DNA from: Camelus dromedarius
Lineage: Eukaryota
Direction: 5' to 3'
Length of the DNA: 64,000 nucleotides
NCBI RefSeq assembly: GCF_036321535.1
Contig: NC_087437.1
Location: 113,462,001 to 113,526,000, forward strand
Positions within the stretch are counted from its first letter, which is position 1. Each line of letters opens with the position of its first letter. The position numbers and the translations under genes are program-made. The notes below the pieces were generated by a model. That model was not told where the DNA came from. It did no database searches and saw nothing but the letters and a program-made list of their open reading frames with translations. Shown one piece after another: positions 37,801 to 53,068 of this stretch.

Positions 37801-40800
37801 GACTGTCAGAGAACCATCTCACAGGTGGGTTTCAAAGTTTTGATGATCTCCAAGCACAGAGGGAAATCTCATGGCTTCGATCCCAGGAGCCCATGACGGT
37901 GGGAGAAGCAGCGAACTTGCATCCCCTCTGGTAACAATGGAAGGTAGCGGATGGGGAGGGGAGAAGGCAAAGTGAGAGATCCTGACAGGTGGGTCCGGAG
38001 GAGAGAAGCGGGTCAGTTTGGTTCTCGCTGGGGATGAAGATGTCCTGAAGGAGATGAGGCAGGGCCGGGGAAGTTGGGGGTGAGGGGTAGGGGCTTTCTG
38101 GGTGAGCCACCAGCATGGGCAGGGCTGGCCACAGGTGTTTGGAGGCCAGGAGAGTCGGCAGGTAAGACGGCAGCTCCCAGCCCTGGTGCTCCAGCCTCCC
38201 TTGAGCTTGTCTGCTTGCCTTCTGGTCATTTCAGAGCACAGTTGGGCTCAGGGAGGAATGGAGCGTCTCACAGCCCAGAGGGAGGCAGGGCCTCGGGTAG
38301 AGGAGGAGCTATGAGATCAGTGGGGCAGGCATCTTTTGTTTCTGGACCAGGCCCTCTGTGGCCATCAGATGTGGCAGCATCTTTGGCCACGTTCCTCCAC
38401 AGGGGACATGTTTAGACAGAATGGGCTTAAGGAGGAGATGCAGGGATGGGGTGAAGAGCCTGGCAACGCCATCCTGGCCTCCCTGAAGGCGAGACTCTCA
38501 GTAGCGATGCCACCTCCCACTGAACAGGGTCTTCACGTGTGTTGTCAAAGTCACACTGAAGGTCACAGAGAAGGGAATCAAACCGAGGTTGGAGGGGAGC
38601 CAGAAGTCCCCAGGTTTTCTACCACTCGTTGCTGTTTATACACCTCACTGCTGCCTCCAAAAAGTTGTGCTTTTGTCCTGCTGGGGGTGTTGGCTGATAT
38701 TTACATAGAGATACCAGGGAGGCTGAGTTAAAAGGGATTTACACTAAGAAAACACTGTGGCTTATGTAGTTGTTTGTAGGTGAGAAGAATGCGGGCTGCC
38801 CCTTTCTTGTCGGAGAACAAGCAGAATGGAGTGACCGCTGGTGCCCAGACGCCTCCCAGCTCAGCTAAGAGCCTTGCTTGTTGAGAAGGGGGCTGGGAGG
38901 GGTTGGGCTACCTGAGCCCCCAAGATGTGACAGCTTCACTGGCACCTGATCACCAGGTGCTCCTATGTGGGCTCCCCGCTAGGAAGTCTTGTAGAAAGGG
39001 GTGGTTTTTATGACTCTGGGAAACCCCTTTTTGAACTATCCTATGGATCACCACATCGTGTGCCCCTATAAGAAGAAAGTCATTTCAGGATGGCTTTGAC
39101 TGAATAATGAGCATTCAGAACCCTTGGCCTCAGGGTCTCTGCAGGCCTGTGTGCCAGTGGCCAGCCCTGTCCTCTCTGTTGATGACAAGGGACAGGAGAG
39201 CTGAACTGGGACAGGAAGTTAGCGAGCTTGTCAGTGGAGAATACAGAGCTAAGGACAGTTCCCTTCTGCTTTCTGCTGCAGTCACTGACCTGCGAAAGGA
39301 AGGAAAAACCAGGAAGAGAAAACCCCATTGGTGCGGAAAGAGCTCAAGCGTCAGCCCTGGTGGTGGGGGCTACACCCATACCTCTGCGCCCTGCTTCTCC
39401 ACCGCCTGGCTCAGCCTGGTGATGACTGAATTTAGTCTCCAACAGGCCTCAAGCTCCCTGTTTTGCAGAAGTAAATTCCCCTTCATAAGAAGGCTACTGT
39501 TGGTATTGTTTATTTGTTTTTTTGATTCCCCAAAATAAGGAGAGGTTTTTAAAATGGGGGAGGGGGTGAAGAGGGGGGAAGAAGAGGGCAAGGGAGGCGG
39601 TGACCCCAGCATGTCCCAGACTCGCCTTGGCTTCTCCCGGCCCCCAGGCCCCCCCACTCCCAGTTCTGAATGTGAAAACTAAGCAGCCTGCGCCGCCTGG
39701 ACTGGGATGTGTCTAACAAGGCCCTCATTGTCTCAGACAGGTGTGAGATTGGACTTGATTCCAGGCCAGCACCTCCAGTCCTGGAGCCAGCTCTGTGAGC
39801 CGAAAGCATGCACCAACCCTCCAGTAATACCACTGCAGCCAGCCAGGGTTTCAGCAATTTAAGGCTTAACACACACAACATAAATCAGAGGAGGATGGAC
39901 CAGCCGACCGGCAGTTTCTTGGGCGGATGCCTGCAGACTGTCTGCAGATCAGACCCTGCCTGTTTGGGTTACTTGAGACTTCTTTTTTTTGGTAATATAA
40001 AGATGAGAAACTGGGTGGAGCAGCGCGCAGAGGCACACGGGTGTTTGCCCTATCTTGTTCCAACGGCCCCTTTTCCTCATAAGTGCTCTTTTGAAGGGAC
40101 TGCTCGGGCAGCTTCGCTCTGCTCTGCCACATGCTAGGAGTGTGTTCAAGGGAAGCTGAGCGCTCCAGGACGGGTGCTGTCTGTGTGACCTTCAACAAGT
40201 CACTGAACCTCTCTGGGCTTCCAGGGGGCAGTCATCTCATTCTGGTCTAGCTATCTATGATTGACCCACCTCCAGTGATCAGAAGTTCAAAGTCACTGTA
40301 AAAACTGCCTAAGTCAGGAAATCAACACTCTTGGGAGAAAATTTGCAGTCCCACTGAATGCTATGTTTCTGTATGGATCTGTTTCTTAGAGCAAGAAAAG
40401 GCCACCTCACAGCCTTCCCCTTCACTGCCCACCCCACCACCTGTTCCTTAGGAACGTCTGATCCTCAAAGCCTGGCCCTCCAGCCCCTGGAAGGGTGGTT
40501 AGGACACACCGAGAGCCATGTGCTATGGGTGGCGAGGACGGAGATGACAGCTCTGCCCTATTCGTTAGTTTCTCCAGGAGACTGTGAATTACGGTGCATT
40601 TAGGAGAGGTGACTACTGAGTCAGAGAGTCTCAGCCAAGGAAGGGAGGCCAGAAGCCACCCATCAGTGCAGTGCCTCCAAGAGAAGGGCATTTTGTCTCT
40701 GCTCCTGGGAGTCCTGTGACAGTCCTGGGGTGGCTCTGGCCTGGCCATTCGTGCCCTTGACCCTGAACTCGCCAACACGTCTGGCCTGGCACGCTTGCTC

Positions 40801-42084
40801 TCACTACTGTGCGCCGCCCGGGGGTGAATGGCATGGATGTGGCAGTGGAGACCCGGGACGGGGGAGCTGTCACTCAGCAGGAGCCCCTCGCCCACCCACG
40901 CCTGGCCTGCCAGAGATGCCCACCACGTCCCCACAGCTGCGGCTCCAGCCCCAGTCTGTCACACTCCACACGTTTGCTGGCCTGCTTCTGGTCCCACAGC
41001 CCAGGCCGCAAGCCGGCTTCCAAGGCCCGGGCTTGTGGGCGGAATCGGCACAGGGAGCTATTTACTTAAAATCACACAGGAAGGTGAAATGCGGTTCAAA
41101 GAAATCCTTTTGTAGATGGTTCCTTGAAAATGCCAAAGAGGCTGACCATTCACATTCTCTGAATGTGTCTGATTCATACAAGTAAGGGGACAGGTCAGGG
41201 GTCACCCCTGGTTGCTGCCTGCGTGGGCCCTGTGGTCAGGGAGTGTCCTGTCAACCTCCCTGCAGCTGTCCCCTGTCCCCGGAGCAGGGCTGGGGACACC
41301 TGGTGGGCTGAGGGGGACAGCGGGCAGGCTTTAGATGGGCATTCTATCCCATCCTTGTCTTTAAAAAGAAGCCCTACTCCTTCAGTATGCAATTCGACAT
41401 AAAAAAGATGGAGGCACAAAGAATCAGGTGACGCAGAACCCAGCCGTGGGGATGCATCGAGAAACACAGCGGAAGCGGAGTGGGATCGCAGCCCTAATGC
41501 GCATTCGGTACTGACAGCAGAGGCTACGTGCTGTGGCCACACCCTCCGAGGCAGAGGCACCGCAGGCCAATGGGACGGGCACTGGACCAGGAGTCCCAGG
41601 ACTTGGAGTTCAGGTCATCCAAGTGGGCTAATCACAGATGCTCCCTGGGCCTCCGGTGTCTCATGAGTGAAATAAAGGGCCTCGAGAATGACGTTTAAGG
41701 CCCCTTTCAACTGGGACCGTTTTCTACTCCCATCTGACCTAGTGGAGCAGCAGTTACGTGTTCTCCTGTGAGAGTTTACCTGGGGAAACCAAACTTGAAT
41801 GAAGACCACACTGAAATCACCTCCGCCGTGCCCACCCCAGGGCTGCCATCACTCTCAGGAAGTAGGGATGCTGAAGGTCATTCTCAACTTCATAAGTCTG
41901 GTGGCCGTGTGGCTCATAGGGAGGACGGACGTGCAGCGCCCTGCTGATGCACTGCCAAGATCACAGTGGCAGCAAAATAATAATAGCCAAGAATAACACT
42001 GACCATTTATTGAGTGTTTAGAGTGTACTGGGCTCTATGCTGAACACTTGACAACAGTAAATCTCAGTCCTGGTGACGAGGCCG

Positions 42085-42300
42085 TGAGGTGAGGAGAGTA
42101 AATACACACAGTGCTGACGGCACACCAGGCATCCAGGGCTTTGGGCGCATTAACTCATTTAATCCTCATGATTCCCTGGTGAGTTAGGGACCACCATCAC
42201 TGTGCCCATTTTACAGATGGGGAACAGTGACACAGAGGACTTAAGTAATGCTTGCAAGGTCACATGATTGGGAAGTGGCCAGCCCGGGATCTGAATTGCC
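42085..42300. mobile_element. MIR SINE
   Basis: MIR core 'taactcatttaatcctca...cccattttacagatggggaacag...acagaggacttaagtaatgcttgcaaggtcaca'. Confidence 0.7.
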
Positions 42301-45300
42301 ATTACCTACATCCACGTGGATCTTAGCATTAATTTATGGATCTAGATTCTGCTTTTCTCATAAAGTGCATTCTAGGGGCTCCCATGTTTTTTCTGAGTCC
42401 TTTCTGATGAAGGTGGGAGGAACAGCTCTATCCTGACTGACAGAATGGATGGACAGAAGAACTGGCACTCTGTTTTGGTATCTGCAGGCCACTGTGTGCT
42501 TCCCGCAAATGACAGGGAGAAAGTTTGAAAAATAAGGGAAATTCCTTATAGATCCTCTGAGGCATCTCCCCCAACCGCCCTCCCCCAAGGCGTGAAGGAA
42601 TCAAATGAGGAAATCGGGAAGAGATTCTGGAATAAGAATAACAAGATTTCCTCTCCCTTCCACCTGAATTGGCCATCCGTAATTTTGCACAAATTCAATT
42701 TTAAAGTCATGCTTTGTAATTTGTGGAAAAATCACATTAAACAGATCCACGTCTGGGCAATGACTTCTCTCATTTAGCAACATATGGTGGCTCAGAAAGC
42801 CCGATCACACAGCAAACATATTACCAAAAAAAAAAAGAGCCTTTTAATCAGGGAGCAGAGTGGGGGGCTCTGGGACATCCCTACTGGCCTCCTGAGAACG
42901 TTAGGCAGAACTTTAATCCCCGAGAGCCATGCTGTCTATCCAGAATTACAGCCTATTAGAGTCAGGACCACCTTGTTAATGGCTTACATGAGGACGGACT
43001 GGGGCTCACGTGGCTGCCGGCATCTGAGCGGGCACAGCAGGCGGGACCCTCAGGACCATGCCCCACGCCTCATGGGTGGCTAGTGGTGGGGAATAAATGA
43101 ACCACCAATATCAGTCACTCTAGAAACGTGAACCATAATTATTTTGTTACTGCCTTTGGTGAATGTGTCAACCCAGGAGTGTCCTCATCCTCCTGCTGTG
43201 ACGATGGTTCCAATAACAACCCCGATACAGACCCAATCACTGACACAGGCTGCTGTTTCAAACCTGGGGGCTAAAGAACTGCACCTCTCAAAAGCTTCTG
43301 CACTCGCCCCTAAGATACCAGCCCTTTTGGAAGACCACCAGAAGCACGGCTGAAAACTCAGGCAGTCACAGTGGTTCCACATAGCGGGCAATTTACAACA
43401 AGGCACGGATGAGGATTAACAGACCCCGAGAGGAACGATCTAAATAAACCACTTAACGGGCAGAAGTGCCCAGTCGAGCCCTTGAGCTTGTGCTGACTTT
43501 TACAGATATTTCAATAACTTTATCATTATATAATCTGCCATCTGATACGTACAGAGAGAGGCACTAATGGAGCGTGAGTGGCCACAACGGTGCAACAACC
43601 CCAGGAGACTTAATAAGACAATTGCGTTCGCTTCCTTGTATGACCTACAACTCCAAAAAGTGCAATCACTAGTCAGATTATGTCTTCCTCTTTACCCTGA
43701 GCTGTTCTTTTAAACCCGCCCCCATCCCTGCCCAAGCAAGTGTATGTGTGTAGCCCTTTCAAAGATGCAAGGAGCAGTCAGCACTGCATGTGCTCTCTGG
43801 GTCTTGAGCTGGCCCTGGAATGACTCAGTTGGGGCCCTTAAAGCTGTAGGGTGAAGAGGATGTCTTCCGCAGCGGGAACTAGCAAGTTATGGATCGGGAG
43901 ACTTCACTGCCCCGACTGAGTGAGCTGCCGACACCCAGAGCAGTGCTGACTCACCCAGGCTCCTTGGAGACCTGACTCACATGCCTTCCCTAGGGATGCT
44001 CTGCATTTTACAACACGTGTGTGGTCACACCCAAATGCTGCAGCTGAAGGACCATAGTGTATCCTCCTTTGTGCTCCCAGAAGAGCTGAGCTCACCACTG
44101 CAGTGGCTCAAATCTTATTAACCAGACCTGATGACATTGACTTATGGAGGTCCTTCAGTGGAAGGACCAAGATGGTGTGCAGAAACAAGTACTATTTCAG
44201 TCCGTGACAGCGTGTGTCTGAAAGCTCATGTTTCATGAGCTGTTAAGCGACAAGATGCTTGGGTCAGAGTGTCCCACCGCTGCCTCCTCCCTTTTGTCCA
44301 CATTCCCTCCAGGTGGGAAAGCAGGGTGGCAGGGAAGGGGGGTTCCATCTGAAGAAGGAGAATCGCCTTTACAAAACAAACAGTTAACTCTTGCTACTGA
44401 TTACAGTTGGAAGATGCTTTTCAAAATCTTGAAATGATACTTTGAATGTTCTACACCCTATGCTTGACTGTTGGGTGGTGTGAGATCATCAGGGGCCCCA
44501 GGAGTGTGGCACCTGAGCCTTGTCTGGGGGAAACGATTGTCTTTTCTACCCACGACTCAGGGGCTTGGTGATGTGGTTCTGATTTCCCTTGAAAAATGCT
44601 TCTCTCTTTGAAACAGTAAGCGGTATATTCCATGCCATCTGGGGGAGCCTAAAGTAGCTAACACTCAATCTGAAGACTTCCCATGGCCTGATAATCAAAA
44701 CTCAACTGGGTTAGAAGTGATACATTCCCTTTTTTCCCCCTATCAATCACCAGGAGTGCCCAAAGAAACAGCAAATAAACATGATTGGCCAATGTTTGTT
44801 TTTAGGGTGAGTTCTCTACTATTTTTTTCTTATTATTATTTTGTTTTATTTATGGTGGCTGGTAACTGAATCTCCAGTATCAAAACATAAAATGTTCTGC
44901 CAGAAAGAGATTATGGAAGAAAAGTCTATGGGCAGAAACTGGGTTTGTCAGTGAAGATTTTATTTACAGGAGTTTTGCAATCCAGATCTTTAATCTCCAT
45001 AACAATTGGGCTGTCCTGCCCCTCTGAAGGCAATTGTTCAATAATAAGAAAGCTCAAGCGGGGCTAAGGCTTTGCAAGTAAAATGTGAAAACAGGATACA
45101 AATATACACTGACATGGCTCTTGACAGTTGGGGCCAGAAAACCTCCTGCCTTTGTACATTTTCCCTTAAAAGTAGGGTTCTGGTGCTTTGCCGGCCGGAG
45201 GGAAGCAGGGAAAGGCAGAAGTAATTACAGTTCCCCAGCATTATTTAAATCATACACGTTGAATTTTAAAGAGCACTAAAATAACTAAATTACCACAGGC

Positions 45301-46162
45301 CTGCATTTCTGTTCCATGATATGAGGAAAAACAATGCAAATGAGGAACCCCAGCTCGGTCTGGAGAACGACGACTGACAAGAAAAACCCTACGAGGAGCT
45401 GTCTCATCAGAACCTTTTTTTTCCCGTATCAGTCTATTGTTTGCTCCGCTTTTGGTACAGACATTGGTAAACTTTGATACTACTTTATGGCCGCAGTCAA
45501 GTCTCTTTTTCAAATATCCGAATGTGAGAGGCTACCTTTGGGTGATCTGTAAATTGGGGATTATGAGAGGTGCAAAGCGACTAGCCTTTCGCAATGGGTT
45601 TCTGGTCAACAGGGCCTCGCAATAAAGCCATTTAAAAAAGGCAGCTTGCTCAAAACAACAGTGCTCTGCCGAGTTCCAGGCGGTCACATTCTTGAGTCCA
45701 TCCCAACTGGCTGGCTGTGGTCTCCGTGTCATCTTCTGTCCTATGCAGACTCCCAGCCATGATGGCATGAGCTTTTGGGGGCCAGGGCAGGAGGCACCCA
45801 GGCCTCCTCTCTCCTGCTCTTTCTCTCTCCCGTGACACAGGGAAGACCCCCTTTCTCTATCACTTTTGGGCCCTGGGTTCCATCGGCATAGGTGCTCCAG
45901 AAAACACTGAGAAATATCTGATCTCATCTAGAAAAAAAATCATACATCCTCCTGGCTGCGAAATGAAAGTACCATGAGACTGAGTTCCAGCAAATGACAG
46001 CCTGAAATGATAGTAGCTGGAAGTTGCGATTCAGGTTTTCAGGCATAAGACACAGAGTTCATATCTACCTGCCCATCATATCTGTTCTGGGGAAATGGAC
46101 AACGGAAAGTTACCTCTGGACTCAGCAGATGCCCCCTGTCCTTTCAACCTGGGTGTAACGGG

Positions 46163-46590
46163 TGTAATGGTGGCCCTCCAAAAGGTAACGTCCATGTTCC
46201 ATCCGTGGAACTGTGAACGCGACCTGATTTGGAAAAAGGGTTTTTGCAGGTGCGATTAAGTGAAGGGTCTTGAGATAATGTCACCCTAGGTTATCTGAGT
46301 GGGGCTTAAATCCAATGACGAGTGTCGTTATAAGAGGAGGAGGTGACACAGAGAAGGAGGCCACTTGAAGATGGAGCAGAGATAGGAGTGATGCAGCCCC
46401 AAGCCAAGGGAGACTAGGAGCCACCAAAGGTTGGAAGAGGCAAGAAGGGACCCTTCCCTAGGATCTTGGGAGGGAGAGTGGCGTGTTGATTTTGGTTCCT
46501 TGCCTCAAGAACTGTGAAGGAATAAATTTCTGTGGTTTTATGCCAGCAGGTTTGTGCTAATTTGTTACAGCAGCCACAGGACACTCATAC
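46163..46590 (+). mobile_element. MaLR MLT1 LTR
   Basis: 'gtgaacgcgacctgatttggaaaaagggtttttgcaggtgcgattaag', 'agaactgtgaaggaataaatttctgtggtttta', 'aatttgttacagcagccacagga'. Confidence 0.8.
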
Positions 46591-46679
46591 GCTTGGTTTG
46601 GTGCTGCCGATCTTTGCTACCAACAGTTACTCAGTGTTACCCACTCTAACGCCCACAGCCTCACATTGCATGATGGTTC

Positions 46680-46840
46680 TAGGATCTTCAAGTAGAATTA
46701 TTTTTCCTATTTTGCAGATGGGGAAACTGAGGCTTTAAGAGGTTAAGTCACTTGCCAAAATGTCCTATAGTAATACACAGTGGAGGACAGTTTTGGGCCA
46801 GTGTGGTTTGTCTTTTGAGCCCTCATTCTTAGCCTGGAGG
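46680..46840. mobile_element. MIR SINE
   Basis: 'cctattttgcagatggggaaactgaggctttaagaggttaagtcacttgcc'. Confidence 0.65.
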
Positions 46841-46962
46841 TTCTGCTATCTTTCTTAGCCATTAGATTTTCAGCTTAACCCTCCTGCTGTTTCACCAACA
46901 ATACCAAGTAAGTGCTCCAACCTCAGCTTTGTTAAAAACTTAACTCTTCTGAACAAAACATT

Positions 46963-46994
46963 TGTGTGTGTGTGTGTGTGTGTGTGCGTGTGTG
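46963..46994. repeat. (TG)n microsatellite
   Basis: tgtgtgtg...gcgtgtgtg run. Confidence 0.9.
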
Positions 46995-49900
46995 AGTGAA
47001 TGTGTGCTGGCCCATAGATTACAAGAATAAGGGAACATTTCAGAATCTATCCAATTCACAGGAGGAATATTTTATCATTATGATCAAGCCCTGAAATGAA
47101 CCTTTATTCATCTAATTAGGAAAGATGTCCACAAGGCATTAACAACATGCTCCGGAAAACATGGTCTGATCACCTTGAACGACATCCATGAAAACATTTG
47201 GTCTGAAAATGCAGTCCTGCTAAAATGTGGTTTATGATTACTAGAGTGCTGACAGCTCACCAGGTTGGCGGCTCCTTTGAAGGGCTGGTTTATTAAGGAC
47301 TTAGCTGAGAGGTGCTTGTAAGTACATCTCAGGCATCCGAGCAGTGCTGTTCAAGGGAGTTCTGTGTTGGTGACTGTGCCGTCCCTGAACAGAGCGCGGA
47401 GGAAAAGTAAGGCGGGCCTCCACTCTGAGCACCGCTTGTAAAGCTGGGCAGTGCGGGTGGGAAGCTCGGGCAGCGACACCGAGCAGCGACACCGAGCAGC
47501 CACATCAGGCTCAAGCAACAAAGGCCACGGGTAGACTAGGAAGCAAAGACCTGGGGGCCCTTTTTTAAAGGAAAAAATGAAGACTTAGCTTTCTCCCCAT
47601 CCTTTATCCCCAGTTTTAAAATGTCTGTGATGCAATTCATTAGGGTGAGCTTTTCAGACTTTCCTTAAATTTATAGTTCATCAGCCAAGAACACAGAAAA
47701 CAGTAACCGAGGTCTCAGCTCCTGCCTTGAGAGTGTCAGCAGCCCTGTTAACTGGCAGGCTCTCTGCCTGCTTGTGGGAAGGGGCGGGAGGCAGTCTAGT
47801 GCTGGTCAGACTGCCCACACCCAGTGCCCGAGAGTGCTTCATTCTGCCTTCATTCTATTGCTTTCACTTTCTTCCTTCTCTCCCTCCCTCCCTTTCTGCC
47901 TGCCTGCCTGCCTTCCTACCTTCATTTATTTTTATTTATTCATGGGAACACCTGATTCAGGCTTGTTTTCTGTGTCAGATTCTGATACTGTAGACCTTGA
48001 AAGGCTCTCAAACTCTACTACGCCCAGATAAGAGTTATTTTCAGATCACTCCCTTTTCACGTTTACAGCGTATCTTACAAGTTGGTTTCTAAAGCACCCT
48101 GAGTATTTTGCTTTGTGTAACCATTAAGTGACCACTTGTAGATTTACAGAGGAGATGTCTGGTGTTTGACTGACTGTAGCCTCTACCTCCAAGGTAATCC
48201 AACAGCCCCCTCCCCCACTTCGTTTCTGAACTTCTAGACTTTCTAGAAGAGAGAGGAAGCAGAGAGAGAGACAGAAAGAGAAAAGGGAAGGAATAGATGC
48301 TATGCATTTTCATATTTGACTCCCAAGGCTGGAAAGGGGATTTATCTGTCCTTCTACAGAGAAGTGAAAAGGTGTTGTTTTTTTTTCTTTCTTTTGTCAA
48401 TCCAGCTGATAAAGTAACCTCGTACAGCAGAGAAACAAAGTCGATTCATTACCTCAAAAAGCTACACAGACAATAGTTCCGGGAAACAGCCTTTCCAGAC
48501 TAACTTGTAGGATAAATCACTATCAAACAAAATCATTTGGAATACTAAAACTCAGATGACTTAAGAGATCAAGACCCCTCTGGCTACATGGAAGTCTTAA
48601 AGCCAGGCACCCACACTCCTGAAGGTTGATCAGATGTTTCCGGGGTTTGGAGGTTAAGAAGGCTCTGGTCCCAGTGCACCCCACAGAAGAGACTTACTTG
48701 CAGGACAGCTGCACAGTTGCCCCAGGAAAATTAACAAGAGGGGCTGGGAAGCCCGCTCCCTGCCCACGCAGCCTTCTTTCACTCAAGCGTACAGAGTCAT
48801 CATTCTGAGTTAACTTTTCTTTTCTCCTCAGCTTTAAAAACAAATGTACATGTCTCCAAAGGAGAGAATTTATTCAAGTGCCCACCACAGAGTCTGGCCT
48901 GAAAGTTATTATATTATCAACATCTAATGATAACAGATCACAGTCAATGCAGGACCCCTGAGTGAGTGACCAGCCCAGCACTACGTCCGTCTCCCCTTTG
49001 GCGAATGGGATCCTTCTTGAAGCTGGGTCAGCCCTGTGGCTAACAGATCCCTGACCCAAGAGCGGGAGCCCTGGAAAACCTGCCACCCACCAGCACTGGC
49101 TTTAGAGCCAGAAAAGCCTGCATTTGAGTCCAAGTTTGTTGCTTCCAGTCTTGAAGATGCTGGGCAATTGTCCACTTCTGAGGTTTGGGTTATCCATCTA
49201 TAAACCAGACCACAGGACTGTATGTAGAATACAATGTCTATGAAAGGTCTGACTTGGGCCAAATATCATAACTAGTCCAATTAAAGAGTTAAACCTCACG
49301 CCTCGATGTTGACAGCAACACATACAGGAACAAGACTTGGCCTCTTAGTTTCTCTGGTTTTGACAGTTCTCTGCACCAGCAGATATCACCCCGTCTCCGT
49401 TTTCCCAGAAAGGAGAGAGTTACGCAGCTTAAATGTGGTTCATCATTTTTGGTAAATCAGGAGTCAAATTCTTAAAATTACTTGTTTGGGTTGCCTGAAG
49501 CCACCTCTGAGGGGAGGTGTGGTTTAATGGGCAGCAGCGCCCTGTCTGTCTAGACTCTGTCCTGCTCCATCTTTTAAAAGGACATGTGTCCTTTTTTTTT
49601 TTTTTTCCATGAGTGTACAAGAATTTTGAAACTCGGCTGTAGAAGTTCATGATGATGTCCTGACTTGCATAAACGTGTAGCCATGACAAAATGGCTTTCT
49701 ATTCAGTTTTAAGACCTGGTAAAATAGGAAGTTGAAATTAACCTCAGCCCTTTTATAGCTGAAGCCTCAACAAATAAACAGTGGTTCGGTGGCATGGCAA
49801 CCTGGCCCCCTTTTCCATCTGTACCCTGCTTCAGATCATTTGAGATGTCTGTTTTGAGTGATTCTCAAGCACATCTGATTCTAGATAAATAGAGGGGTTA

Positions 49901-52305
49901 TTCTATATCCGTGATTTCGTACTGACAGAGTTAAAGGGTCAGGCATGACCCTCCCGATGGAGTCCTAGCGAGACAGGGCGTAGCAGCCTATCAACGCGCG
50001 ATCTCTCCGAGGCCCCAAATGCTGACAGTTCCCGCAGAACTGAAAACATCCACGCATCCGTACAGCACCGCTGTAAAACTGCTCTGACTACTCTGGGGAT
50101 ATTTTTCTTTCAATTACTGCTGCCATTTCAAAGAGAGCCATAAACACGTGCTGAATTTTTATATAAAAGCATCTTCTTAAATATAATATAGAAGCTCTGG
50201 CGCTAAGCTGGGAAAATAACCATTTTCCTACCAGCGAAGAACAAAATGAAGGTTCTGGCTGAAAGAGACTTTACTGTTATCCCTGTTAACTTTCTAATTT
50301 CAGGGAAAAAAATCCCAAGGGTCTACTCAAACCATGACGAGGGTAAAAAACTATTTTCTTGAGGAAAAAAAGAAAGAAAAAAGGAAAAGTAGTTTTACAT
50401 GAAAATATCCCAGATACTGATTGTTTAAAACTTGTTCCTATAATTTTACAAGTCCTGAACAGCAAATCATATTTCAGAAAGAAAGAACATCCACAAAATA
50501 GTTAACACATTCTTTCAAATAAGAGCTAAGCCTCCGGGGCGCTCTAAAAGCAAGTTATTATTACTTAGAATTAGATGTTGGAGAAGTAAAAAGTTTTTAA
50601 AGGGAACAAGAAAGGGGGTTAAACCTGATACTTTGCTAAGCGCACAGTATTCCAAAGAGCTGAGGAATGCCCGTCCATAGCAGTGCCCCCGCCCGGGAGC
50701 TGCTGACGGCTGAGGACAAGAATTCAACACCTCCATACTACCCCCGACCCCAACCCCGCCGTTTTCTCGTTTTCTTTTTGGTAAAGACAGTGTATCTGAT
50801 CAGGAGGGAAATCAGATCTGATTCACTCCTCAGCAAAACTGAAAGCAAGCCGATTTAATGGTGACGATTTCAACTTGCCCCTGTGTGGCTGAATTTTCCA
50901 CTGCCTTTGAAAATGCTGAAAATGTTTGGTCCTGATACCAGGAGAAAAAGACAAGTCCCTGTATCAACCAGTAGTGTAAATGGTCAGTTACGCCATGAGA
51001 AAATCAGAAAACAGAAGTCTCCCCTTGAACGGTACAAATGGAGGCCTGAAGATGACATAAATGAGTCTAAATGGCCCTCAACACAAGATCCGGCCATCTC
51101 CTGGAGAATATTATTCTATTTAGAAGAAAAGTGTCATCCCCCCCACCCCCCACCAGCCCAGCTCTCTCACTTAATGTGCCATGTGATCTAATTTCTCATA
51201 CACACTTGTGGTTTGGAATCTTTAAAAATCAATATGCAGATTTTGAATAAGTATGCATAACGAAGCACCAGGAAACCAATGATTTCATGGGACCTCTTCT
51301 TAAAGACACCTAAGATGAGACCGTAGATGAGAGGCAGACCCCAAAATCAAGCTTTAGGTTTCTGTTTGTCCACAAAAGGGCGACTCTACAGCTAGGCCAC
51401 TTGGCAGCTGTGTGCACAGTATCTTTTGGGGAGGATTTCTTTGGAAAGTTTCCACTCAAATAAAAGAACCTCCCCCAGAAACATGAGAAGGAGCGGCGTG
51501 GGCCGTGGGCTCCAAGGAAGAGAGTGGGCATGCCTTTCGAGAACCCCACATGGGCTGACCCCAAAAGAGAGCTACTGGCCTGGAAACGCTCGAGGATTTA
51601 GGATGCTTGCACATCTCACAACCCGACGCGAAGAAAACGCTCGGGGTAGCTCGTTTCTGCTGTCCCAGCAGGGCAAGGAGCACTTCCCTCGCTGGCCACC
51701 TGCCCTTTCCCCCAGATGTGTTCCTTATCTTTTCCTTTGAGTTAAACAAGGCTTCTACTTTGAGAAAGGAATCTTACTGTGACCCTATCATACACAGCTG
51801 TGTCCTGCACGGCACCAAGGAAACGGCTGCATTTTGGAAATTTGAAATGGTATCACAGAGCGAATAATCACTGACGTCAGTGCTTTCCACAGTGTAAATG
51901 AACTCTGTGTATTATCTAATTTGGCACAGTGGGTTTTATGCAATTATTGTGTTTTATAGTGTTTTTGCAATTGCCAGTTAGCCCCATGGTTAGGGGGTGG
52001 GCAACCTGCATTCTTTATCGATTGCAAATTTATTTGCTGCGATTAATACCTTGATGTGATGGCATCCAGACACTCCCTACTATTTCTTTATATTAAAAAA
52101 AAACAGTATAAATACAAACCCCCCAAATAATTTGTAGACAGTAAAAACTGGAAACATCCTGACCTTCGCCTTGCTCAATGTATGTGTGTGTGTCTTCAAG
52201 CCAAGCAAGTGAGAAAATAGCACAACCAAAACTAACTCTTAAAAAATTCAAGATATTATCTACGTAGTGATTTCTATCTGTCCGTATCCTCTCAGTATCC
52301 TGTGC

Positions 52306-53068
<763 letters not shown>

